A model generated the notes under the pieces. It ran no database searches, was not told the origin of the DNA, and saw only the letters and a list, made by a program, of their open reading frames with translations. A DNA stretch of 63,785 nucleotides, counting the filler, from Octopus bimaculoides (lineage: Eukaryota): the NCBI RefSeq assembly GCF_001194135.2. It is 6 parts of 6 records of this genome, joined end to end, with 100 filler letters (N's around TTAATTAATTAA, not from the genome) between each part and the next. Parts side by side here need not be neighbours in the genome. Positions count along the whole stretch, not along the records: positions 13,008 to 27,459 come from NC_068989.1; 5 more parts are not named here. One strand, 5' to 3'. The position numbers and the translations under genes were made by a program. Below are positions 13,587 to 27,292 of this stretch, piece after piece (positions within the stretch are counted from its first letter, which is position 1; every line of letters starts with the position of its first letter).

Positions 13587-13600
13587 CTTCTTATTATTTT

Positions 13601-13785
13601 TAAGGTGGTGAGCTGGTATAATCAGCCAAAATTTGAAACCATTATTATCATCATAAGGGTGACGAGTTGGCAAAATCGTAAGCATGCTAGATTAAATGCT
13701 TAGCGGTATGTATCTTCACCGTCTTTATACTCTGAATTCAAAGTTTGTCTTTCATCTTTTTCGGAGTCGAAGAAATGAGTACAAG
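13601..13785 (+). mobile_element. Degenerate SINE family A copies
   Basis: Repeats the aaggtggtgagctgg head and carries a decayed body (gagttggcaaaatcg...tttcatcttttttcggagtcga). Confidence 0.7.
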
Positions 13786-13978
13786 CTGACTCCAAGTCTC
13801 AACCAGAGACCTCAAGAGATAATTTAGAAGTTCAAGTTTGTGTTATGACTAGGGAGCCATAAATTTCGTTTTGCACAGAGTATTGTTGTAGAGAATGTAA
13901 ATTAGAAGTTTTAAAAGTAATTTGATTATAAGATGTTAAGATGGCAGTAAGAGGTGTTTGCTGTAGTGTACATTTAGA

Positions 13979-14025
<47 letters not shown>

Positions 14026-14029
<4 letters not shown>

Positions 14030-15414
14030 TAGTTTTATTTTTATAACGTGCTTTCACTTCACTACCGAGCGCAGCTCTGTGCACCTTGGGTATGTGCTGT
14101 GGTTTGCTGTGGTGCTCTTATGTTTACTGTATTGAAAGTGTTTTGCGTAGAATGTGTGCAGTACCCAGTAGTGCAATTTTCTGTATGTTATATATATTTG
14201 TAAGTCCTGGTGTTTTTGTTATGTATTTGTCTGAATATTGTTTTATTATACCTAAGGCACCAACTATGATAGGAATTGTTTCTGTTTTTAGATTCCACAT
14301 TCGAGTTATCTCTATTTCCAGGTCNNNNNNNNNNNNNNNNNNNNNNNNNNNNNNNNNNNNNNNNNNNNNNNNNNNNNNNNNNNNNNNNNNNNNNNNNNNN
14401 NNNNNNNNNNNNNNNNNNNNNNNNNNNNNNNNNNNNNNNNNNNNNNNNNNNNNNNNNNNNNNNNNNNNNNNNNNNNNNNNNNNNNNNNNNNNNNNNNNNN
14501 NNNNNNNNNNNNNNNNNNNNNNNNNNNNNNNNNNNNNNNNNNNNNNNNNNNNNNNNNNNNNNNNNNNNNNNNNNNNNNNNNNNNNNNNNNNNNNNNNNNN
14601 NNNNNNNNNNNNNNNNNNNNNNNNNNNNNNNNNNNNNNNNNNNNNNNNNNNNNNNNNNNNNNNNNNNNNNNNNNNNNNNNNNNNNNNNNNNNNNNNNNNN
14701 NNNNNNNNNNNNNNNNNNNNNNNNNNNNNNNNNNNNNNNNNNNNNNNNNNNNNNNNNNNNNNNNNNNNNNNNNNNNNNNNNNNNNNNNNNNNNNNNNNNN
14801 NNNNNNNNNNNNNNNNNNNNNNNNNNNNNNNNNNNNNNNNNNNNNNNNNNNNNNNNNNNNNNNNNNNNNNNNNNNNNNNNNNNNNNNNNNNNNNNNNNNN
14901 NNNNNNNNNNNNNNNNNNNNNNNNNNNNNNNNNNNNNNNNNNNNNNNNNNNNNNNNNNNNNNNNNNNNNNNNNNNNNNNNNNNNNNNNNNNNNNNNNNNN
15001 NNNNNNNNNNNNNNNNNNNNNNNNNNNNNNNNNNNNNNNNNNNNNNNNNNNNNNNNNNNNNNNNNNNNNNNNNNNNNNNNNNNNNNNNNNNNNNNNNNNN
15101 NNNNNNNNNNNNNNNNNNNNNNNNNNNNNNNNNNNNNNNNNNNNNNNNNNNNNNNNNNNNNNNNNNNTGGTTATTTTATAATAGTTTTCTAGCTGTATAA
15201 GACCCCTGCCACCTTCTGTGCGTTGTATATATAGCCTTTCTATGTCAGATTTTGGGTGGTGCATCCTATATCCTGTCATTATTTTTCTTGTTTTCCTGTC
15301 TATTTTACATAGTTCGTTTAGTGTCCAGTTAAGGATGTTGTAGCTGTAGCTTATAACTGGGACAGCTAAAGTGTTGATACCCATTATCTTGTTTTTAGCA
15401 TTGAGCTCTGTCTT
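14026..15414 (-). mobile_element. 5'-truncated R4/Dong-clade LINE (RT C-terminus, gap, RLE C-terminus, 3' UTR, (AAT)n tail)
   Basis: ELNAKNKIMGINTLAVPVISYS...IDRKTRK...HPKSDIERLYIQRTEGGRGL before the gap. DLEIEITRMWNLKTETIPIIVGALG...QKIALLGTAHILRKTLSIQ* after it (stop at 14124-14126). Both ends abut (TTA)n tracts. Confidence 0.92.
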
Positions 15415-15647
15415 TATTATTATTATTATTATTATCATTATTTTATTATTATTATTATTATTATTATTGTTGTTGTTGTTATTATTATTATTTGGGAATG
15501 ACAAGCAGTTACCATGTCACCGATGATGTGTAACAGACCAGAAGCGTTGTATGTGTTACTGTCAGAAAGCCAACAATCGGAACGGATACAGCAAAGGATC
15601 TGGTCCCCGGTTTTGACATCCCCCTCCCACTAGCCATCTCCTTCGAT

Positions 15648-15790
15648 TGGCGCCTTTTTTATCGACTCTGAAACGAATGAAAGGCAAAGTTGACGGCGGG
15701 TGGGATTTGAACTCTGCACAGGAATTGGAACAAATATTGCAAGGTATTTTATCCGCCGCTCTAACCATTCTGCGAATTACTGCTTTATTA
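15648..15790 (-). mobile_element. SINE family A (degenerate)
   Basis: tttatcgactctgaaacgaatgaaaggcaaagttgac...gatttgaactc is the reverse complement of the family A body. Confidence 0.75.
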
Positions 15791-16276
15791 ATTTTCCTTG
15801 ATATAGTTTACAAATTAGGTATTAGTAAAAGTAACTAAATGATCAATTTAGTATGAAAAATATTGTCAGACTAAATTAAAGATGGCACAAATTAGAATAT
15901 TATGTATTATGAGAAATACTACCAGAATTTTGTGCAGCTGTTATGTTTTGTTTTTGATTACCTGAAAATGTGGAATGATTTAGACAATGCATGTGTGTAA
16001 AAAAATATTGTAAAACTCTGCAAAAATTTATCTATCTCACAATGAAAACACATACTTGGCTCTATACATACTGGTTGGGCATGTATGTATGTATGTATGT
16101 ATGTATGTATGCATGTATGTACATCCGTACGTATGTGTGTATATGTATGTATGTATGTATGTATGCATTTATGTACGTGTGTGTGTGTGTATACATGTAT
16201 ATTTGTGTGTACGTAGATCTGTATGAATTTACGTACGTATGTATGTTTTTACGTACGTATGTATGTACGTACTACG

Positions 16277-16308
<32 letters not shown>

Positions 16309-16589
16309 TGTATGTAGGTATGGTTTTTCTGTGAGTTTTAAGTTCTTAAGCGAGTTTAATCCGGTTACTAACAGGGTATTTTTGTTTGTATGTATGTATG
16401 TATGTATGTATCTATCTATCTATATATATATATATGTATGTATGTATTTATGTGTGTGCAGATTTGTATGTTTTATGTATGTATTCTCATGTATATAGTC
16501 ATATATGTAGACACGCTCCTATATATTTAAATGATAAACTTTTGGTAAGTTTTATAGTTGCAGTGATAGATTGGATCTGTAGTTTTTGA

Positions 16590-16775
16590 ATTAGCTTTCT
16601 CCTTTCTGGTTTTGAGAAGCCTAATTTCTTAAGATTGTTATTTAGGCAATGTCTTACATATCCCAGGGCCTCAATAATTACAGGTATAAGCCTGAACTTG
16701 TAATCTGAATTGAGTAACTACAAATTTCTCAATAGTCCAGCATATGTGTCCTCTTTTTCACTGATCTTCAGCCTT
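16590..16775 (-). mobile_element. Ancient RLE-endonuclease LINE C-terminal remnant
   Basis: Translates SEKEDTYAGLLRNL*..YKFRLIPVIIEALGYVRHCL, resembling the EK..KY..L / PIIIGALG motifs of R2-superfamily RLE domains. Confidence 0.55.
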
Positions 16776-17275
16776 GTTTGTATGTATGTATGTATGTATG
16801 TATGTATGTATGTATGTGTGGCTGTGTGTAAGAAGCTTGCTTCCCAACCACATGCTTTCAGGGTCAGTTTGTAGCGCCTTGGCCGAGTATCTTTGTGTAT
16901 GGCTCGAGCTGACCATGTACGTGTGTCTTGTGCTTGTGCTTGTCTCACGTTGCCGCTTGATAACCGTTGTTGCTTTGTTTACGTTCCCCCTAACCTAACG
17001 GTTCCACTAAAAGAGAGACCGGTATGATAAGACTTTACAAAAAGACAAGTCCCAAGTTAATTTGGTCGAATGCAGCATAATTACTGAAACTAGTAAATGT
17101 TAAAAAAAAAGCTGTATATAAGTTTTCATATGTGTATGCGTGTACGTATGCTCGTACATATGTAGGAATATATGTATGTACATACGTGTTTAGGAATGCA
17201 AACGTTTAAGTATATATGTATTAAGCATGTATGTATGTATTTACGAATACATGTATGCATGTAGGAATATAAGCG

Positions 17276-17323
<48 letters not shown>

Positions 17324-18163
17324 GACATGTATGTTTGTATATATATTTGTTGGTATATGCTTAAGTATCAATGTAGAGGTGTATGTATGTATATAAGTAT
17401 GCGCGATTTTATATATGTATGTACTTAACGTACGGAGCATTGTGTGCATGTCTACATGTTTATACATATGAATATGTGAACATATGCAAGAGTGGGTGCT
17501 CGTCGGCTCTGAATAATAATCTAGAAACGAGTTTATAAAGGTAATGTTTTATGTAAAACTGTTTAAATTTATTTCAGAACGATCAAGAGTTTTATATTCA
17601 GAACGTGTACCATTTAGCAAATTATGTGTTCAGAGACATTACAAAGAGCACATACTGCTTCTGATGTTTTATTGACTCACTTTGTTTTGTAAAATTATCG
17701 TTGGTCTTGTTGTAATAATGTTTACGTAATTTTGTATTATAAATATATTACATAAATATCGTTCCTAGCCATAAATACAAATTGTTTTCCTGATAATATA
17801 AATGTGTTTACGTAGAGTGTTATTCATATTTAGTGTTACTTAATTGAATTGCATCCTGTTATGAATTATGCTTGTTGTCTTTCGTTCAAAGTGTTTTGGT
17901 GCATCAAAAGCTTTCTTCATAAATGTGTTTATTATATATCCATACTCATATAAATATGCTTATTTTTATATCCATGCTCATATAGATATATTTAGATTGC
18001 ATCTTATACCTATATGCTCATATCAATATATTTGTAAAATATTTGTACAGATATACTCTCTGTGGGTGTGTGTATATGCCCGTAGATGCATATATAGGCA
18101 CTCAAATATATATGATGTGTCTGCCTGTCTCTCTCTCTCTCTCTATATATATATACCATCACT

Positions 18164-18415
18164 AGGCGTGTGGCCTAGTAGTTAGGCTGCTGCACACACG
18201 GTGGCTAGATTGTGGTTTCGATTCCCAGACCGGGCGGCGCGTTTTGTTCACAAGTAACAATCAATAACTTTCACATTGTTCCATTCCCCTCTCGATCAAG
18301 GGAGTGTGTTGGGCGAGACAGCGGGGTGACGTCGTTCGATGGCAAAACAATGCAAAGTGTATTGTGACCAGCGATGTGTAACAACATCTGATGGTCTGGT
18401 CGGTCACGTGATCCC
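18164..18415 (+). mobile_element. tRNA-derived SINE
   Basis: A-box tggcctagtagtt and B-box gtttcgattcc. The head is shared with the copy at 27293. Confidence 0.8.
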
Positions 18416-19514
18416 GTGACACACACATGTATGTGTATAAATACACACACACACATATATATATATAGGTGTGTGTGTGTAATTGGAAGAAAGCTGTGTG
18501 TACCTATATGCATATGTGTGCATACTCGTGTTACGGTATGCCATTGAAAATTTTGCACTTTTCAACAATTCTGAGTTCGATGCCACTGTACCGTAACTTA
18601 ATCAAGGGTCGCTCTCTCAATAACCCCCAATCTTTACTCGATATTGATTTTATCTAGTGCTAGATTATCCTATGTTTTTTGTTTTCTTCTTTTCTGAGAT
18701 GATAGAATACTATTTGAAAGAGACATAATTGCTAATTTTAGTAGGCTAATTGACAACATGGACGTGTACTGTTTAGTGTTTTCTCTTGCATTTCGTAACA
18801 TGTTCAATTCCATTCCAGGAGGAAATAGTGGCTACTGTCTATTGATGTTTGTAAATCATTCACCAGTCTAGGACATGAGGCATATTTGGTAGCTGTCGCA
18901 CCTAAGCTGTCTGTAGTCAGTGCCGTAATGTAGAATGTGTTGCAAATTACATGTTGGCCACTTATCAGATTGTATATGTTGTATTTGATTTTAGGGTATT
19001 TACAGTGTGTTGTGAGATGGACACTTAAACTTCTCTGTTGAGAATGATAAATTCTCAAAGCAGAAAAATTGCAGAAAATTTATTGTACAGATTTGGAAGA
19101 ATATTAGAACAAAAGAGGAGCGCTTCTGTTGAAAATAGGAAAAAAAAGCAACGAAATATTTTAACGACAGAGAGAGAGAGAGAGGTGGAGAGACTGAGAG
19201 AGTGTGTGTATGTGTGTGTGCGTGTGCCTACAACTAAAGTAGGATGCCGTAACTTAAGTTACCCGCTTAAAAATCATTTGTAAGGAAGAACGGTATGTGC
19301 TAATGAAATATGCTTTCATCTACAATGATTTCAAGTCCAAGCGAAATAATTAGTTACTACCATCTAGATCTTCTCATATTTTATGTCAGTTGCTTCTAGA
19401 ATATGATGACTGGAAATTTACTTCCTTAGTACTAATCGGTTCATATTTTGGAGGAGATAATTTATATGGCGCACACTACTCACATCGAAAAAGAAACTGA
19501 TTTAATTGTTCTAG

Positions 19515-20420
19515 CACTAACATAGGGTTTTACAGGGATGACGGACTTACCGCTCACTACCACATGATAGGGTACGGGAAGGACGAACTCAGAAAGATAC
19601 TAATCAAATTATTTAGAGACTTTGATTTAAAAATCATGATACACAAGCCGGTAGATATTAAACTTTCGAGATGCTACATTAACTAAATACCACTTTAATC
19701 CTTAAGAAAATACGTAATTAGGACCTCCAATAATCTGTTCAGATTCATACAAGATTGGTAGGCACATATCAAAACTATCATCAGACAGAAATTTCAAAAA
19801 AGTTTACATTGCAATTAGAGTTCGCTTAGCAATGGTTTCAACATCGAGCTAAACTATGGAGAGCAATTAATAATACGTGATAATGAGCGTAAAAATGGAA
19901 AAACTATTGGATTTAACTCTCCTCGTAATTGCAATGTATCCACACAGTAACCGCGATCTTCTCCACTCTAAACAGTAGGGACTTCTCTTCTCACAATTAT
20001 CACAAGGTCTTTAACAAAAGTTAAGGTCAGTTGTATTTTTACGGAATTACACACAGCTAATTACAAGCCCCAAATCTATAAACACCAATAAAGTCGGCAA
20101 ATACAGATATAATTGCCGAGAAACGACTGGTCGCCCCCTGAATGAAAAATACATGAGCAAACCATAGATTCTGAAGAACGTGTAGTAGCAGTATTATTGA
20201 TTAACAACACGTTTATGGCTAGATGCACGTAACACGTTCATTCAGAATAAAATAAATATCTCTTGCGAAATATGTTTGTAGGAAAGCCGAACCCCATGAT
20301 ATGATTGAATATTAAAGCAAATCAAGCTTTTGCAGATGGCGTTTATATGTCACTGCAACGTAAGACCTTGACCGTAACTTGTATAATATCTAACAAGGAA
20401 TGAATATTTCTTGACACGTT
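19515..20420 (+). mobile_element. Highly decayed Penelope-like element with YRDD-type RT (Naiad-like)
   Basis: NIGFYRDDGL...ELRKILIKLFRDFDLKI / NFRDATL / SKLSSD / KTIGFNSP..NVST / HKVFNK..VKVSC / YNCRETTGRPLNEK, with frameshifts and stops. The motif order is RT, thumb, Cys-rich linker, EN. Confidence 0.75.
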
Positions 20421-21604
20421 TCTATCTAAATTTAACAACCACTCCTTCAAGATTATTCCTGCATTACCAAACTACCAACTCCAAACGACTGAAAGACGAC
20501 TGACGGACTGACATAAAACTCGATGCATAAAATAAGACGAAATATAAACTTCTACTATCAAATAAAGTAGAGACTCTCCCTTTCTTCCGAAAAAAACCCA
20601 TCTTTTTACGGACTCCGTAGGATAGAAACAATACTAAAGAAAGCACCTGGAAAACTTTTATCGCAATTAGAAACATCTCGGAAAATTATTTTTCAGAATT
20701 ATCATTTTCGCTGAGTATTACCTTTACTAATTATTTTTCATTGTTATTTTGCTAATTATTTTTAGTAATTATTAAACATTTGCTGATACTTTTGGCTATG
20801 TTTGCTAGTGTTAATAAATTGAGCAACAATGATTTTAAAATTGAGACTAATAAATTCCCTTGTGTAAAAAATGCTTCTTAAAAATGTTATCTTCATTTGC
20901 AAGTTACAATACACTCTGCACGACTCGAATGTTGTTCATTAACGAATGAATTAGTGAGATATTCACAGAATCATGATAATGGCATATCTCATCAGAGTAA
21001 TCCATTCTGTCGCCCGAATAACCGCATGAACGTGAAACATTAACGATACACGAAAGGAACCTATCAGTGACATTTTAATTGTCTCTGAATCTTTATGGTA
21101 TTATATAGCTATCTACGTATTTTTTATGTAAATACACACACACACACAGGCACACACACATACACACGCGCACACACACACACACACACATACACAACTC
21201 ACATGCACGCACTATGCATGCACGTATATAGGAGTAACGTTGGGGCAGAATTACTTGAATAATAAATATATTTATCTCAAGTTATTTTTATTCATTTTCG
21301 GATTTGGACCACACATTCTGAGATGTGTTTGGCACTTCAAGCCCAGAAATCACTATATGTAGTCAGATTCCGTGTTTAGTGGCCCGCCTTATATACAAAT
21401 TACATACATGGGTATGTATATACTGTATATAACCTCTACATCAGTTTTTAAAGATTTGAGTTGTGATACTTGTAGGTACATTCAATGTAACTATGATATT
21501 ACAGATAGTGTGTTTGTTCCTTACAACTCTCAACTAAGGAATAGAGTTATCTAATATTCAATGTGTCTTACATACTTAGTATTTTGGTAGCATATCATTA
21601 TATA

Positions 21605-21755
21605 GTGTCTGCCTATCTGTTTCTCTCTCTTTCTTCTCTTTCTTCTCTCCCTCTGTATGTCTGTCTCTGTGTCTGTCTGTCTGTCTCTGTGTCTGTCTGT
21701 CTGTCTCCGTGTCTGTCTGTCTGTCTCTGTGTCTGTCTGTCTGTCTGTCTCTCTT
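21605..21755. repeat. (CTGT)/(CT)-type complex microsatellite
   Basis: Direct reading. Confidence 0.9.
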
Positions 21756-22715
21756 TGGCATACATTCTCATTTTGTAACAACATACTTTCCGTGAAGCAC
21801 CCTCTTTTTCTTTCGTTGTAACCCCACCTTTGCCAAGCTTTATATTAAAAGCATCATTAACAATTACCTTACAGGAAATATGGGCAGTGAATGCCACGAC
21901 AAGGTCTGTTATCAGGAGATATTTCCTGTAAATATATTATAATTATCAAGCGTCGTAGATTTGAGAACAAAATTGTCATTTTGATTAAATGAATTATCAC
22001 CATTTGTGGAGACAGCACAGTATATACTGCGAAACTTTTGTCTGCGAAACAGATTTAAACCCGGCTGAAGGATAATAACGATGGTAAAACTTTGTATCCA
22101 AATTTCAGCTACTCTTAGTAACAAAAACGATCAAAACACTGGATTAAATAGTTCGGGGTACACTTTACCTGAAACTAAAGAATGTAATGCTCATAAGTGG
22201 AATAATTTAATTATAAGTCGGTTCGATCAGAGACCTGAAAATAAAAATGAGATAACAACAGCTAGAACAGTTTTATCATAGATTTGATTGATTGGATGAA
22301 ACAAAATCCAAGAAACCTGGCGGGTAATCTGCGTCGGTAAGACTTGTACTGTTTAGAAAAAGCGACAAAAAGATAACAATGAGTGGCGAGTGAAGTATCC
22401 AATGTTTTGGACAGTCCCCTTCGGGTTAAAGATGACAGGAAGTAAGTAAAGGAAAAAACAGTAGAGTTTTACATCCTCTTCTCTTGAGATGCTGTAAAAC
22501 TCTACTGGTTTTCTGTTATTTCTCTTGTGATCTTGAATAAGAACTCTATCCAAAATATTGGAAATTCAATACCACAGGTATTTTCACTGGTTTAATTATG
22601 TCCATCAGAGACATTATGCCTGAAAATAGGTATGGAAAAATCGTAGCTAGAAAACATTTTAACATGAACTGCAAGAAATTAGAATTAAAAAAAAAGAAAA
22701 CCAACTGTTACTCAC

Positions 22716-22826
22716 CCGCCGGTCCCGAGCAGCTCTCAGTTTGGCTGCTTCCTCCGATATAGGCCTAAATGCACTTTTCCCCCGAAGTTCCTTTAGTACT
22801 TTCAGCATGATTATTTTATTTTTGGC
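22716..22826 (-). CDS. Exon of unidentified minus-strand gene (AKNKIIMLKVLKELRGKSAFRPISEEAAKLRAARDRR), phase 0-0
   Basis: Acceptor tctaatttcag and donor GTGAGT. 111 nt, open, and in frame with the upstream exons. Confidence 0.75.
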
Positions 22827-23424
22827 CTGAAAATTAGATTTAGAAAAATTAATCAAACATTGATTTTAAAAAATTAGTCGTCAGGTTATAATAAAACAAA
22901 TTCTATATTAACACTAAACCATACGTGCCGAATTTGTAATTAGAATATATTTTTTCAAATAAAATTAATTGAAAATAAATTCTAATGTAACAATTATTTG
23001 AGATAAAACTCTCACACGTTTTCTGTTTATAAATCTCCTCTGTGCAAGAACTTCAACTTGGAATTCGAGCCGTTCCTAATTATATGTCATATCTGAGATG
23101 CAACAAAGAATGGACAATCGTTTAACATATCAAACACGTTCACAAACGCATTACAAATACCGAGCAATAGCCCATTAATATTTAGGTCATAACTAATCAT
23201 ATAATACTAGGAAATTCTTTTAATTCTTCCATCATTGTTCTTATAAATTCTGTTTGTCACAGCTTTCAGCCTTCACTCCGGTTCTAATTAGTTTTCAAGA
23301 CCGATAACTTCAACCGCAGCCTTTCATTCGATCTTTCCTTCATCTTCTCCGTATTTACTCTCATAATCTTCAACATCTCCCCTTCTTTAACTGCCTGTCT
23401 TCCTCTTCCTTTCTGTGCGCTTGT

Positions 23425-23430
23425 CATTTT

Positions 23431-23492
<62 letters not shown>
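23425..23492. repeat. (CT)n microsatellite
   Basis: Direct reading. Confidence 0.95.
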
Positions 23493-24889
23493 ATATGTAA
23501 CTTTATATTTACACGAGGTTTTAGTCTTGAACTATTCCTGATTAAACAATAACATTTTCACAAATTTACACGATCGAATGATAGACACATTACCATATAC
23601 AAGCAGTAAATTCAGCTACAACACAATACAGCAATGTAGTGGGAAATAATTTGACAAGAAAAATATAAAATTAATTACTCAGACTAATGCACATAAAATG
23701 GTGTAAACTGGCGGCTATAATAATTAGTAAATATTCTACTTATTCACAACAAGTAGACAATTGCGAACCTTTTCAATCCTCTTACGCCCGGTCATTAAAA
23801 ATTCACAAAGTTTGATATAACATCTTCACATGGATAGACGTTTAATTAGTTACTCTATATTTAGCCGACACCATCTGACTGCTCTCTTCTATATTGATTT
23901 CTTAAATTAGTACAATGCCACGGAATTTGTAAGGAGGTTTAGAGAGAATTGAAGCGGCTCAATACCATGCGTCGAACTTATTTTATCGACCCTTGTATGA
24001 TGCCTCACTAAGATTGTGATTCAGAACACAGGTGTTAGAATCTAATTATTCTAAAGACGTTTTCCCACAAAAAATGGCAGCGTACCAGCCAGGACACAGC
24101 CCTGGCTGAAATAAGGAAAAGTTAAATTAAACGGCTCCATTCTCTAGTTATTCGATAAATTGAATACGGAGACATTTGTTTCATGTCAAGAGTGCATTTC
24201 GGCAGAGAAAAATGTTTCTGAAAATTAAATGTTTTTTTTCTTGTTTTAATTTTTTTCTATTCAGGAGAACAAGGTTCTTTGTAACACAAAACATTTCCGT
24301 TAAGAAAACAAGTATCTAACTTCTGAAATCTTATCTATGATGTTATATTCTTGCCAATTAAGGTCGATTAACGAGGGATTTTCTCTTTAAATTATACTGA
24401 GAATATGATATATTATCATCATGTTACTTAGGCAGGGGCTTTGAAGGCGATAAGAAACGACGTTGAGTTTCGTGTAGTGCAGCTTTGTTACATACAAAAT
24501 GTAAAAAAAAAAAAAAAAATTCAGATTTAAAAAATAAAAAGTTTAGAGTGAAATTATTGATTAACCTGAAAGATAAATAAATTAAATTGAAAAGATTGAC
24601 TCGATTGTTACGAACTCAAACATTGCTTCTTCTAGTAACACATCGGCCTGGGTAGATAAACCTCTTTAAAAAGTCGGACTCATCACTCGGGAATTGAGTG
24701 AGGGTAGTTATTATGAGCGTCTACACGCCTGTACACTTTGTATTAAACCACTCTACTAGAAAGATATTCAGTATTCAATTAGCAATAAGATTCTACTTCT
24801 TGTAGAAAATAACTGATTTCAAACCACCTTGTACCTAAGTGGTGTTTGTTCTCTGAATGAACGATTATCTAGAAAATGATATATTGATT

Positions 24890-25075
24890 TTTAACGAAAG
24901 CACAGAGCCGTACGTTTTGAGGGAGAGGTACAATCGATCGATAATACCTAACCTAGTACTTGATGGACTTATTTTATCGATCCCAGAAAAAAAAAAGGTA
25001 GGTCAATTTGACCTCGGTAGAATTTAAACTCAAGGACGAAATGGAATGTAACTAAGTATTGCAAGGTATTAGATA
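24890..25075 (-). mobile_element. SINE family A (degenerate)
   Basis: cttattttatcgatccc...ttgacctcggtagaatttaaactc matches the reverse complement of family A. Confidence 0.7.
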
Positions 25076-27232
25076 ATATAATTAAGAAGCGCATAACTGG
25101 TAGTATAACAGAAACGGAGCCCAGAGAATTCATAACATTCGGTTAAATTAAAAATTGGTAGATTAGCAAATGATCATTCGTCCACACATACATACATCCA
25201 TACACACACATATATATGAGTATATACATACATATAAACACACACACATACATATATATAAATACTTCTACACACTCACACACAGACCCACGCATATAGC
25301 ATATATTTGCGTGTGTGTATGTAAAGCGGGCGTCATCGCAATTTCCATTCAGTATATTTCATTCATTGTTCAAATGGTAGGCTAAGTTGAAAACACTTAT
25401 TACAGTGGAGTGAGATCCATTCTGGATCAGCGTTGTTGGGAAGAGTTCTTAACCACATCGTGATACATGCACATCAATATTTGCTTAGGAAATCAATTTT
25501 TTCGATCATTAGATAATGTATTCACTAACTATAATTTTTAGAATAATATTGCTGCAAATAACTATAAACAAATGATATATTTATGAAATACCGAGTATAA
25601 TCGGGCAAATAAATGTAGTTGATGTTTTTCTCGTATTCTGGAGTTCAAAAAGCAGAACATTACAAGGAGATAGAAAAATTCGTATAAGCATAGAAGATTT
25701 GAGAGAAGATATTATAATTATTGTGCAAATATACGATACGTTGGTAGTTCATGAAGGAAGGAAAAAACGCAGAGAAACGTTAAGCAATGTAGGGAGAAAT
25801 AGCCAAATATTTGAATAGAGAAATAACTTTAGAGCTTGTATTTGCTGTCAAATATTGATTGATTTCTATGATAAAACATAACAAAACTTCAAAGGTTTGG
25901 GTTAGGTGAAATCACATTTTATATAATTTACATTTTTCAGAAGAGCATTAAATGATTTAAGGAAAACTTTTTAAAATAGCCGTTTCAGATTTAGAGGGTA
26001 TAAAAAATGGAGCCATGTTAATAGTTTTTCATTTTTGAATGATGTAAGGGGTCACATTTGCAATGAAGTAGAAACACTTTAAAAGCCGAAATATACATTA
26101 ACATATGTTTATAACACTATATACCAAGCACAGAATTGTCTAGTAAATTGTATTTCGTTCTTGCATTTCAATATTATCTATGTCAATGAAAGCTTATTGT
26201 CTATATAACAAGTCAATATTTATATAAATGCTTCAGAAATGGCGGCGCTGAATGATATGTTAGTCCATGAGGACTAGCCACGACCTACACATGAGTTTAG
26301 GTCGTAATCAATGCTATTACTAATCAAAATAATGTTCTCCAAACCTCTGAACATCAATCATTTCCATTATTCTCAAACCTTAATTAGAAATTTCATGTCA
26401 TCATCAATGTTTCCCCCTTAAAGTTTGTGTCAGCCATTCTGTATCTTTTAATGAGATCTTTCTAACTTTATTTGTTTCATTCAAATTGCGTTTCACTAAT
26501 TCCACTCAGGATTAATTCTGATTTTTACGCGATTTTGAATTATTGTTGATCGAGATAGGAATTAGGGAGGCGAGGTTTTAAGTATTTAAACGAAACATTA
26601 TAATTAACGCCAAAAACGCACTTACAAATACAATTTAAACATTCAAAACTGAAGTTTCTAGCCTCGTTATATGAATAAATTAAAATGGTAGGCTACATCA
26701 CTCAACAAATGAAAATAATGATTTAAAGTAAATAAATATATTCTGATATCCTTTATTTTTTTCATCTGGATTTATTCATTTTAATGACATTAGATTACAA
26801 AAATCCTACACAATACTTTCTTTCTAAACGTGCAAAGTAGGTTTTTCTGTGAAATGGTATTACTCTCTCATTACTTACTGCGGTTTTTCTTTTAGACTTA
26901 CACGGAAAATAATATTTAGATGTTTTTTTGTGTAATTAATATATTTCTACGTATTTAAGTATTTAAATTTAAACTTAGGTAAGCTTGAGTTGATATATCC
27001 GAAAAAGAAGCACTCTTGGACATTTAAGTCTGATAAGGGGTTTGTATTGCTAAGCGCTTTATGGGTGGGAAACCAATGCTCACTCCCTGACCGACCATAA
27101 AAATGAATTTCCTAACACACATACATACGCGCGCGCACTTATATATAAATACACACACACACGCACACACACACATATATATGCATACATAGATAAATAT
27201 ATATATATATATATATACATACGTATATAGAC

Positions 27233-27273
<41 letters not shown>

Positions 27274-27292
27274 TACAAATATGTGAGGTGCA

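Noticed and set aside
20168-20215. CUGAAGA followed by a 6-7-bp stem
   Set aside because: There is no GAAA after the stem.
21788-21926. Minus-strand AG-GT segment KYLLITDLVVAFTAHISCKVIV...GASRK (GPCR TM2-like or next exon)
   Set aside because: The phase (2) does not match the preceding exon (0); phase-0 alternatives need rare AAG acceptors, and the similarity is too short.
22716-22760. EEAAKLRAARDRR resembling the N-terminus of axonemal dynein heavy chains
   Set aside because: Low-complexity charged helix with no supporting downstream exon, so no gene symbol was assigned.
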